Source of the DNA: Hemiscyllium ocellatum
Lineage: Eukaryota
Assembly: GCF_020745735.1 (NCBI RefSeq)
Contig: NC_083424.1
Span: forward strand, 48,718,999-48,782,998
Reading direction: 5' to 3'
DNA: 64,000 nt
Made by a program: the position numbers and the translations under genes. This document shows positions 34,491 to 46,400 of the stretch, in pieces; the stretch's first letter is position 1; the number at the start of each line of letters is the position of its first letter. The notes under the pieces were generated by a model. It was not told where the DNA came from, did no database searches, and saw only the letters and a list, made by a program, of their open reading frames with translations.

Positions 34491-37400
34491 TTATTTATAT
34501 GGGTGGCCCAGTTAAGTTTCTGATCAATTGTAACCTTGAGTTTGTTACATTTAGTATTAGTGACAATATCGAACGTTATTTGTTGGAAACAGTCTTTCCT
34601 TAATAAATCTCTGATCACAGCTATATCTCCAAACAACCAAATCTAATAGAACAATATACTGAAGATTTATGTCATACAATTAATGAAGACCCAAGCAGAG
34701 AATCATGGCAGAGATTGTAAATACAATATATTTATCGCTTCCTGCAGAAATTAACTCAGAACAAAACAACAAAGATTAACAGAATTGATTAAAATTAAAT
34801 GGTAATGCGTGATAAAATATGTACTATATTTTTTAACATGTGGAATTTGGATTTTAAAAATAGAGATAAATGGAGTTTGGTCAGTTCTTTGAAGGTAATC
34901 ATTATTTTAAAAGGTCAGAAAGTTATACTGGAGCAGTGAGCTACAGAAATCGCTTCCAATACGCCATGTGACTTCAACCAAGTGCCAGCTAGGACATTTG
35001 TAGTGTTATTAAATGGAATGCTTATTTACTGCTGAGTTTTACAACAGACCCCAGCCTGCTAGTTTAGTTGTCTCCTAGCAGTTCAGGAGGAAAAAATATT
35101 TTAACATTGGAGTCTGTTCTTTTTTCATTCATGAAATCAATCAGACTAACTGAAGTGTTGCGAGTTCATTGAGTTTCCAAGCTGGGAGAGTTGTATCAAT
35201 GTTTTCAAGTTGTTAGAACTGAGGAAGTTTAGGCTATTAGAACTGTGAAATTTTCTGGTGAGAAGATTCTGAAAGCAATTGTAAAGTTGCATCTATAATC
35301 TAAGGAAAAGCTCATGGAAGCAGTCAGTCGAGTAAAGCTAATAAATTGAGAAAGGGGTGATATTTATCTGTATTTGAGCATCGGTAAAAAGTGGTGTTGG
35401 GAAACAACTTGAAATTCAGTTTTGCTGTTTATGTTAAGATCTTTTGGCTACATACATATATGTGTGTAATATGGATTTGTTCCATTTTCCTTTCGTGTAA
35501 TAACTGATATTCTGCTGTTGAACAACGTCTACAGTCTAGTGTATATATGCTTCAGCGGCCAACCACCACAGTAACCAATTGCAAAGCTTAAGCATCTGAT
35601 TGAGCAGGTCACTTGTCTCTTAGCAGTCCTGAAGAAATGGTTGTCCTCAAAATGTTAATTATTTTTCTCTTCACAGATGCTGCCAGAACTGATGGGCTTT
35701 ACCCCAACTTGCAGTTCTTATTTTGTGTCAGATTTTCTAGCTTCTGTAGTATTTTGCTTTGTCTGTCAAGCCAGGATGTGCCATGTCCACTGTTAAAACC
35801 AGTTGGATCATACTATTTGTAAAAGTATTGCAGAATTTTGGCAGTTAGTGTTGATTCTAATTTATCTTAAATTCCGATATGTTTTGATCTAAAGTTTATT
35901 GTTGAATATTTACTTTCTGCTGTACTACCAGTAGTAGACTGAGCTACACCAGTAATAGATATACCAGGAAGGATATACCTGTCATAGAGGGAGCACGTGT
36001 CTGGTTGACTCAGGTGATTCTAGAATAGTGGACTGGGGAGAGACTGAGTCTGTATGTTCTGGAATTCAGAACAATGAGAGGTATTCTTATATACCGATGA
36101 AAAACTCTTAAAGAAGTAGGCTGAGATGATTCAGAAAGGATGCTGTCCCTGACATAGTGTATCGAATCAGGGGAAACAATCTCAGAATGAAAGGGGAACT
36201 ATTTAGGACTGAGACAATGAGGGTAGTGGATCTTGGGAATTCTCTGCCCCAGAGTACTGTGGAAATCCAGTCTTAGTTTACATATTTCTGAAAAAGTGTG
36301 CGTTTGTACAATTGGCACTAATGAGGTTCCGTTGTGAAATATTTCTTAAACGCTAGTATCCATCGATAACTACCAGGATAACCGTATTGGTGCAGTAAAT
36401 AATCTTTATTCAGCGCAAGAAAGACTTGATACATTACGGTATCTCGAACGATAGAAGCGGTAGTAGTTACACTGCCCTCGCACACCCAAAATAAATGGGC
36501 ATCTACTCTCTATTGGGACGGCAAAATTCAGGCCAGTGTCTGGTGAATGGTAGGGATAGTTCGACTGCCAAATGGTGCGTTTAATATTCATGTTCTTGCG
36601 TTATTGGCAGTAATTTAAAATCTTAACAAAGCCAAGGGCTTCATTGACAAGTTTATATGCTGCAGACTATCTGCATGAACTGCGAAACTGTTTGACAACA
36701 TTGTTTTGAACGCCAACATTTACATTGATCAACTTCAAATGTACCGTCACCACGGTAATTCCAGTAGGCCGTTGTGTTAATTCTGCCTCATAACATCTGC
36801 ATTCGATTTTATTTCGTTTAGCTGCATTTCTTACTGTTTTGAATCGAAGTCTTTGTCGCTGTGGAGCTGATTGAATTGAATAATCGCGGGCAAACAACCT
36901 AATCGAATAGAAAGTGAAGAGAGTTCACGTCGGCATTGCCTGACGGGTCTCGGCCTATTACTGGTTCCCTGGCCTCATGGGTGTTTTTCATGGTGGTGCA
37001 GCATTGGTAAAGTTATTTACACATCTGGCGTTTTCACTGTGTCTCACGCCCACACGCCAAAACAAAAAACTCATATAACTAGAAAATTACAATCTTCTCA
37101 GCTGAGAAAAAAAGAGAGAGACAATAACGTGAAGAGAAGGAATAAAACAGTGAGAGTGCTGTCTTCACTCTGTGCTGCCCTGAGCAATTGACAGTGGGGT
37201 GATACTTTGATTGGAAAAGCATGCAAGACAGGTGCTGTAACGCCACTGCGACTAGTAATCCAGAATGCCAGATTAATGTTTTTGCTGACGTGGGGTCGAA
37301 TCTCATTCTGGCAGACAGTGAAATTTGAATTCAACACAAAAGCGAGCCCAATAGCGACCATTCTCAAGAAGGGTCACTGGACCTGAAACTTTCATTCTGC

Positions 37401-38371
37401 TTTCGCTCCACAAATGCTGCTATACCCGCTGAGGTTTTCTAGCAATTTCTATTTTTGTGATTTTAATCCATTGTCCTAAGACCCATATGGTTCACTAATG
37501 TCCTTATCTGGCCTCTGGACGATTAGAGATGGACAATAAGTATTGCCCTAACCAATGAAGTCCAAATCCCACGAACGCATTTTTAAAAATGCACAATACA
37601 GGTAGCTACTGTCTATAATTTCTCACGGTATAATATTTGCTATCATAAATTTTCATTCTATCAATGATATAGCTGCTACAAAATGACCGATATTTAGCAT
37701 TTTTCAGCAGACCTTATGTTAGAAAAAGCACAATCGATTGATTACAATAGTAAAGCTTTTGCCGAGTTAAATTTATAGCAATGACAAAAAAAAATCCAAG
37801 CTTACAATATATATTTCAGAATGCTAACTGTTCTATCCCTGTGCAAATCCTTTCAATGCATTCCGGAATATCAATAGAACCCCCCACCGTCGTTAGAAAT
37901 AAAATTCCTTTTTTTTTTGGAAAAAAGTTCTTCAACTGCTGCAGTGCTGTGAGATTCTTAGTTCTCTTTTTGGTGTATCACCCGCTCACTTGCCAGTATC
38001 TGGATGGATTGAGACTAAACGTTGGCGCGGCTTGTATTTAACTTCCCAAGCCGTCGTGAAAAATAGCTTTATTTTCATTAACAGCTAAATCTTAAATTCT
38101 CATAGCGTCGCCATTAATCAATCTCAAACGAGGCGTAACGTGTAAGACTCGCTAGTTAATCCAGGACTCTTTATATTTGCATAGATTTTAAGCAAAGTAA
38201 GCTTGACATGTCTCCTCTATTAAATTGGCTGAGAAATTACAGTAACAGGCCTAAAATGGTGAAAACTGAAATAATTGTCACACGGGAACAATGTCAAGTG
38301 GGGTACAGGAAGCGCAATAAATAAACCTGTTCCCCGGACTCTGAAAATGTTGGGCCCAGTAAACATTTATT

Positions 38372-38971
38372 TTACATCGCATTCCGAAAATGATCGTCTT
38401 TTCGTGCCCGGGTCGCCTCCTTGGCAAAACTTTCAAATCTCCTGAGGAAGACGATGACACCAATCAGCAGAATGGCCTGAATGATGATTAAGGCGAAGAG
38501 CAAGATCTGGCAGATCAGAACCATGTTGCAGTACCACTCCTGGCAGCTCGATATTATTTCATCCTCCGTTAGATACAAGATGAGCCTTCCCTGGAGCTCC
38601 GCCGGGGAGGAGCACTTTAATTCCTTGTACATAGTTCGGTTTTCCTGCTTGAGGAGCCAGGATCGCAGATATAAAATGTCGCAATCACATCTCCATGGGT
38701 TCCGGTCCAATGAGACTGACCTCAGCTGCCTCAGAGTGTCGAAAACGCCGCTGGGGATGGAAGTTAGTTTGTTGTCATTCAGTTTGATCTCGGTGACGTC
38801 AGCGTCAAAGCGTTTGGGAATGGTGTCTACATTCACATTCAGACTGCTGCAATCCGTAGAGGTTCCGGTACAGCGGCACATCGGCGGACATTGGAAAACC
38901 AGTGGAACCAAGGAGAGAAACACAAGGAAAACCTCTTGTGGTCTCCCCATTGACATCCCTGCAGACAACAT
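38372..38971 (-). CDS. GP1BB: Platelet/thrombocyte glycoprotein Ib beta chain (main coding exon; start codon uncertain: 38971, 38956 or 38950)
   Basis: Signal peptide, LRRNT (CPPMCRC..C), one LRR, LRRCT (NPWRCDC..C..P..LQGRLILYLTEDEIISSC, cf. human LRGRLLPYLAEDELRAAC), juxtamembrane Cys, TM with Q-x9-Q (human Q-x9-H), basic LRR-F stop-transfer. Candidate acceptors at 38984-38985 and 38959-38960. Confidence 0.9.
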   Translation of the reverse strand: MLSAGMSMGRPQEVFLVFLSLVPLVFQCPPMCRCTGTSTDCSSLNVNVDTIPKRFDADVTEIKLNDNKLTSIPSGVFDTLRQLRSVSLDRNPWRCDCDILYLRSWLLKQENRTMYKELKCSSPAELQGRLILYLTEDEIISSCQEWYCNMVLICQILLFALIIIQAILLIGVIVFLRRFESFAKEATRARKDDHFRNAM

Positions 38972-39232
38972 TCACGGGTTAGCCTGGAAAAAAAAGGTGA
39001 AATGTGACAGATTGAGAAAAGAAATGCACACACAAAGCAAATGCAATGCTTTAACATAGCCCAATACACTTGTTAAAGAAAACCCTTCTATCTAAATTAC
39101 AAATTCAGACGTCTTAGGTCTAATTATTAGACACAACTTGAAAATTGGAATCAGAAAGGATAATGGAATGCTGACCCTTATTTCGAGGGAGTTGCAACAC
39201 ATTAGTAGTGAATTCTTATAGCACAGTACAAG

Positions 39233-39993
39233 TTTCACGACACGTCGGGGAACTCCTCTGTTACTTAAACTAAATACCCAGAAAAGTTCACTTCGCCCCG
39301 TAATCTGTTAAAATATGAGTGACAGAGAACTCCCAAATTCCATTGTTTAATGAAAATTTATTCTTTAACCCTAAAAGTGAAATTTAAAGAACAACTATTC
39401 ACAATTCTAAGCCACCCCCCCCCTCTCTTAACTGCTTATTACCTGTCTCCAACTTTATAACAACATACTGTTACAACAGAACACATTAAGTTTACATCAA
39501 TTTAATTTCAAACCACGCAGCGGCTGTTGTCTTCCGTGTCTGTCTTCTTTCGGCTGAAAATCCCTTGAGGTTGTGTTCTTTCTTTTTACTGTGAAGATAT
39601 TTCATATGAAAAAGGTACCTTTGATCGAGAGTGTTTCAATCTTTTGGGTCTCTCTCTTGATAGCAGTTACTCTCTCTGATTTTCAAAATGCCACCTTTTT
39701 AATATCCCCAACATTGGGTTTTCTCATTGATTTTATGTTGGCAAAACAATAAATTCAAACTGGGTTTTAGTATCATAGAATATAATTTAAACTGATTGGT
39801 TAGATCCAAATTGCTGTCAAAACAGCAACCAACTCAGGTATCCAATATACAGTCAAATGTTACATATTTTCCATTTTCCAGCACACTCTGAGACTGTTAT
39901 CTAGTCATATGACATAGATGCTTCTAGGTTCTCAGTGCAGAACAGCATTCACTCTCTCTTAAAGTTACAGTACACACCATCAATTTCATAACA
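39233..39993. mobile_element. Solo-LTR-like element, copy 2, with 5-bp TSD ACAAG
   Basis: ACAAG at 39228-39232 and 39994-39998; ends (TT)TCAC..ATAACA; homologous to 15769-16561. Confidence 0.65.
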
Positions 39994-40871
39994 ACAAGAT
40001 GCTGGTGAGACCACTTCTGGAGTATCATGGGCTGTTTTGGTCTGCTAATGTAAGAGAAGATAACGTTTAATTGGAGGCAATTCAGAGAATATTCACTGTA
40101 ATGATCCCTGGTATGAAGGGATTGTCTTATGAGCAAAGGTTAAACAGATTGGGACTCTACCCACTGGAGTTTGGAGGAATGAGAGATTATCTCATTGAAA
40201 CATATAGGATTTTAAGGGACTTGACAGGTTAAATGCTGAGAGGATGCCTCCCTGAACTCCATCTCCACATATCCACCCACTCCTTTCCCCATCCCACCCC
40301 TGCATTCATCTTAAATACCACCTTTTTCCCAGCAACTGTAAGTTCTAAAGAAAGACCATTGGCCTCGAATCATTAACTCTGCTCTTTGTCCACAGATGAT
40401 GCCAGACCTGTCGAGTTTCTCCAGCAATTTTGGAATTTACATCAAAGTGGCTTTAAGAAAAGAAACTAACTACAAGGAATAAGATTTGACCAACAGTCTT
40501 AAACAATGCCACAAATCCACAAATCAACATGACTTCATGTTGTAGTCCATTCTAGATTTGCTAGAGTCACACATGGGGCTGGGAAACAAGATAAATGAAA
40601 CATATGGTACGATAGTTAAACCCTACTTGGGCGATGATTGTATGTGAGTTTCATTGTGGAAACATGGATTTATATTGAGCCACACGGAGCCAAATGTCCT
40701 TGGATTCCCATTTTCATCTAAACCAGTGTCTGAAACCAGTGAAGGAGTATGAAGGAGCCAGTGGATTGTCTGACGCAAATGCATTTGCTGAGTAACTAAA
40801 TGGGCAAATGTGTCTGAGTTGCACTTTCTTCAGAAACCATGATGTGGAGGTGCCGGTATCAGATTGGAGTG

Positions 40872-41547
40872 ATCAAAGTCAAAAATCACACAACACTGGG
40901 TTATAATCCAACAAGTTTATTTGAAACCACAATCTTTTGGAGCCTTGCTCCTTCTTCATGTAGCTAGTGAGAAAGTATACACAGACACAGAATTTATAAG
41001 TAAAATATCAAAGAGTCATACAACTGATGCAAAACCTAGATGGCTGTTAAGTCTTCAATCAGTTAGAATGGAGTTGCAGGTTTTGATTGATTAATATGTA
41101 AATCCCAGAATTTCTTTCAAGTCACTGCCCCAATATAACTTAAGGCTTTATCAGTATAAAAGAGGTGATATCACAGGTCAGATAATGCATTTCAGGTGTG
41201 ACACCTTGTTTAAAGTCTCTCTGTGACATTACCTGGAGTCAGACTGTTTTTATTTCCAAAGTAGGAATTTATGAAATGCCACAATGACTGACTCTACAGT
41301 TTGTGTTTTTTGAACATATTAAACAATTAAGACCTTCATTTCATTCTAGCTGATTAAATACTTAACAACCATCTAGACTTATTCAACACATTTGCAATTG
41401 TTGTATGACCCGTTGATTTTTACTTATAAATTCTGTGTCCAGTGCATCCTTTCTCACTAGCTACCTGAAGAAGGGGCGAGGTCTGAAAGCTTGTGATTTC
41501 AAATAAACCTGTTGGACTAGAATCCAGTGTCATGTGACTTTTGACAG
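40872..41547. mobile_element. Non-autonomous element with about 100-bp inverted termini containing a decayed hammerhead
   Basis: 40880-40975 is the reverse complement of about 41450-41545; TAC-CTGAAGA-A-GGGGC..GTCT-GAAA-GCTT-GTG at 41462-41495. Confidence 0.7.
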
Positions 41548-43499
41548 TCATCATAAACTCAAATAATGTGTCCAATTAAGAAGTGTTAAATACATACATG
41601 AGAAATAATCGCGTATACATTATGCCTAATTTGTTTTGAAAACACAAGTATAATGAACCTATTTCAACCATCATGCCGATAACAGACTTGCTCAATTTGT
41701 TCCACTCTTTAGCTCTTTTCCCATAAACCTCCCATTCATTTCCTTTTCCAGCATCTATCCTTTTTTTTAATGAATGCTACTATTCGCCTACTCTCATGTT
41801 ATTATCTATTGCCTCGAGGAGAGGGGTATGGTACATGAGTATCGATAGATTGAAGTTATTACTGGGATTTTTTTTATGCTTTTCAACCACGTGCTCTTTG
41901 ATGATCTATGAAAAAAGAGAGCAATGAAAATGTTACAATGGGAGTAAAATTGAATCAGCCAATTACATTTTCCTTTTTGCATAAAGAAGATTTGCTTTAG
42001 GAAGCAGGATTTTATGTTTGTAGCTATTTCAATCAGGACTAGTTCTATGATGTACACATATTCGTCAATGAATAAGGGGGCAGCTCATAGAAACCCATAA
42101 CATATTATCAGAACGTGACAGGGTAGAGGAAGGAAGGATGTTCATGATGATGGGGGGGTCCTGAACCGGGGACACAATCTAAAGAACCTGAGTAGGCCAC
42201 TTTGGACTGAGACAAGCAGAAATGCCTTTACCCAGAGTGATGATCTCATGGAATTCTCTGCCACAGAAAGCTGTTGAGGCCAAAACATTGGAAGTTTTCA
42301 AGAAGGGGTTTTATATGTAGTTCTTAGGACTAGAGGGTTCAAATGATATGGGGAGGAATTGGAAACAGAGGACTGAGTTAGATGAAGGGTGATGATCATA
42401 TTGCCTGGCGGAGTAGGTTTGGAGGACTAAAAAGCCTACAACTGATCCTGTTTCCCATCTTGCCTTGCTCCCTAGCAATTCTTTCTCGTTTGATTTATCA
42501 TATGCCATCGCTAAGCACATGTACCTTGTATTTGTCTAGTCTTCTCAATGTCTCCTTAAAATCGTAAAAGTAAAATTACTTTGGGGGCATTTTTCTTGCA
42601 TTAAATGTGCTGGAATCAACTGACAGAAATCCTACATGCCGCCTTCTTAAGATAGACGTTTCTTAAGATAAAATGGGTCCATGTTGGGTCTGTGGGTGGC
42701 AATCCCACTGGGCCCCTGTGTAAGAGATAACAAGAAATCTCAGGTACTCGCATCAGTCAATTATTGATGAGCCCCTTCCAATATACTCATCATTTTACTC
42801 ACATGTAATTTCACACGAAACACCATAAACAGAATAAATCAGGAATAAACCTGCACATCGAACAATTTATTCGATATGGATGTGTACTTCCCAATCATTC
42901 TGACCTACTGGCTGAGAAAAATTTTGGTTTTTTTTGCAATCCTGCCCTAAAACATTAGATCGACTCCACACGCGATTGTGTTTTGGCATCGGTAGTTATT
43001 CATGTGTGTCAAATTCCTATCTACGTTTACCAAACGAGATACATATTGCTTCCCACAAAAATTCTTTCTTTCTTCTAAATTAAAGAGAAATCAATTTTAC
43101 ATTCCATTATTTGGATGCATTGTTTTCAACCCCATCTATTCACACTAAACGTCTTCATTTTTTAAAAACTTCGATAACACCATTCCTGCCGAAGAGAGTG
43201 ATCTCTGCTCCAGCTGATAAAGGGGCTAAGTCACAACAAACACGTTCGATGAAATCCACAGTCCCACCCCGCTATCTCGTTCAGACCTGCACAGAGTGCA
43301 CGTGATATTAGACCAACAAGTCATAACATGAACTCATTGCCTTCAAAAAGTCGTTGAACTCTGTAGTTATTAGTATTTCTATTTCTACTGTTTGGTTGTT
43401 TAAAATTCGTTGATTTATTTGACCGATAATATTTCAGAGTAACTCGAGGCAGGTGTAAAGGGTTTAGAGTATGATGGACAATTATAAATTAAGTGACGG

Positions 43500-46400
43500 G
43501 TGGGTGAGAGGAGACGCTATGGACAAAACTAAAGGATGTGGTAGCATTGACAACGATATTCAGACAGGGACAGGAAGGGACAGAGAATATAAACAGAAAA
43601 ACAGCAAATAATAAGGTTGAACGTGGAAAAACGTGGTAAAAAATCAAAAATTATGGCTTTTTGCTTCAGTATGCATAATATTCAGAATATAACAGATGAT
43701 TTAACAGTACAAACACAAGTTAACTGGTCTGATCTTATAGCTGTTGCAGAGACATAGTGAGAAGCAGATAGGAACTAAATAATGTGAGCTTCTGAAAGGA
43801 CAAGCAGGAAGGAAAGAATAGCGAGGTAGCAGTATTGGTAAGGAATGTAATAAATACAATAGCAACAAATGATCTTGACTTGGAAGATGCAGAATCCATA
43901 ATAATGGAGGAAAGAATAAAAAGGGAAAGAAGACTGTGGAAGGAGTAATCTATAAGCCTCCTAAGAGATGGTGAGATATTGAATACATTAGGAGTAATGA
44001 GGACATGTAGCAAAGGCAGTATATTATTCATGAATAACTTTATAAGTAGATTGGGATAATCAGATTGGTAGACGAATCCATGAGGAAGAGTTAATAGAGT
44101 GCAATTAGGATGGTTTCTGAGAAGAATGTGTTGTAGCTCTAGCCAGGGGTTTGGCTATTTTGGATCTGATGATATGTAACAAAGCAGGTTTTATAAATAA
44201 AGACAGAGTGAAAGATCCCCTCAGGAAAAAAAAGTCCCTATAACATGGTAGAATTGAGCATTCAGTTTATTACTGAGGAACTTGAATTAGAAGTTGTTGT
44301 ATTAAACTAAAATAAGGGTAATCACAAAGGAATGGGAGCAGAACTGGCTGGAGAGGGTAGGAAAGGAGTTCAGCAACAAAGATGGATGAGGAACAACAGC
44401 AGATGTTTTAGAAAATAGTTCATGACTCACAGCAAAGCTGTATCCTCGACAGGAAGAAGGATTCTAGAATGGGACTGGTTAAAAAAAACATACAACGTAG
44501 CAAAGAGTAATGGTATGTAAGATGATTGGGAAAGATTTACAAACTGACAAAAATGACCAAAACAAACTAAAGAAAATAATCGTTGAGGGTAAATGTTCTA
44601 GGAATGTCTAGATGGGCCACAAGAACATCTTTAAATATATAAAAAGAGAAAGATGAAAATGAACATAAGCCCCTTAGAGAATGAGGGTGGGGAAATAATA
44701 ATGGGGAATCAAAAAATGGCAGAGGAGTTGAATGAATCCGTTGAACCACTCTTTAAAGTTGAAATCATTAATAGCATTTTCAAAATTACTAACTGTTCAA
44801 GCAGCAGAAGAGGAGAGCAATTACCACTAGAGAAAAAGTGATAGAGAAACAATTTTGGCTGAAGATGAATACAATACATCCCTGGACCTGATGTGATACA
44901 GCCTAGAATATTACAGGAAGTAACAACAGAGATAGTGGATACTCTACTGGTAATCTTCCAGGAATTGTTAGATTCTGGGAAACAACTAGAGGACTGGAAA
45001 ACCGCCAATGTAACATAAACAAACAGTTATCAAGATATATACAGCAAACCCTTTGGTCCAATTTGTCCATGCTGAGATATCCTAAATAAATCTAGTCACA
45101 TTTGGCCCAAATCTGTCTAAACACTTCTTATTCACATACCCATCCAGATGCCTTTTAAACGTTACAATTGTACCAACTTCCACCACTTCCTCTGGCAGCT
45201 CAATCCATACCTGCACAATCCTCTTTATGAAAAAGTTGCCCTTAGATCCCTTTTAAAACTTTCCCCTCTCACCTGAAACCCTTTAGGTTTGGACTCCTCC
45301 ACCCTGGGGAAAAGACCTTGGCTATCCAGTCTATCTATGTCCTTCATGTTTGTATAGACCTCTATAAGGTCACCCCTCAGCCTCTGATGCTCCAGTGAAA
45401 ATAGCCCCGGTCTATTCTGTCCCTCCCTATAATTCAAATCCTCCTATCCTGGCAATATCCTTGTAAATTTTTTCTAACCCTTTTCAAGTTTCACAACATC
45501 CTTCCTATACCAGGGAGGCCAGAATTGCATGAAGTATTCCAAAAGTGGCCTAACCAATGCCCTGTACAGCTGCAACATGACCTCCAAACTCCTAAACTCA
45601 ATGCACTGACCAATAAAGGCAAGCATATCAAATGCTTTCTTCACTATCTTACCTACTTGCAGCTCTACTTTCAAAGAACTATGGACCTGCATTCCAAGGT
45701 CTCTTTGTCCAGCAACACTCCCCAGAAGCTTACAATTGAAGGTATAAGTCTTGCCCTGATTTGCCTTTCCAAAATGCAGCACCTCACATTTATCTAAATT
45801 AAATTCCATCCACCATTTCTCAGCCAATTGATCAAGATCAAGATTGTACTCTAAGGTAACCTTCCTCACTCTCCACTACACCTCAATTTTGGTATCAAAC
45901 TTACTAACCACACCTCCTATGTTCACATCCAAATCTTTCATATAAATGTCAAAAAGCAGTGGACCCAGCACTTATCATTGTGGCACACAGCTGGGCACAG
46001 GCCCCCAGTCCAAATAGCAACCCTTCACCACCACCCCCAATCTTTGAGCCAGTTCTGCATCCAAATAGCTAGTTCTCTCTATAATCCATGTGATCTAACC
46101 TTGCTAACCAGACTACCATGAGGAGCATTTAAAAATGGAGACAAAATAATGGGAATGATAGACCAATCAGCTTGAAGTTTGTTCTTGGGAAAATGTTAGA
46201 AAGTATTATAAAGGATAGAACTGCAGAGCATTTAAAAATACATGATATGATTGTGCAAAGTCAGCATGGCTTTATGGAAGGGAAGTGATGGTTGATAAAT
46301 GTATTGGAATTCTTTGAGGAGTAAACAAGCAGGACAGATAAAGCAAAAGCAGTAGATGGAATGGAATTGAATTTTCAGGAACCATTTGATACTGCACCAC

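Noticed and set aside
38372-38971. Alternative calls GP9 or a true VLR gene
   Set aside because: The LRRCT end (GRLILYLTEDEI..C), juxtamembrane Cys and Q-x9-Q TM match GP1BB. There is no VLR stalk, GPI signal or cassette array.
38481-39059. 192-aa plus-strand ORF
   Set aside because: Antisense shadow of GP1BB with no recognisable features.
42797-42826. ATGGTGTTTCGTGTGAAATTACAT|GTGAGT (minus) as GP1BB coding exon 1
   Set aside because: The phase-0 end would hit an in-frame TGA with the 38983 acceptor and be out of frame with the 38958 acceptor.
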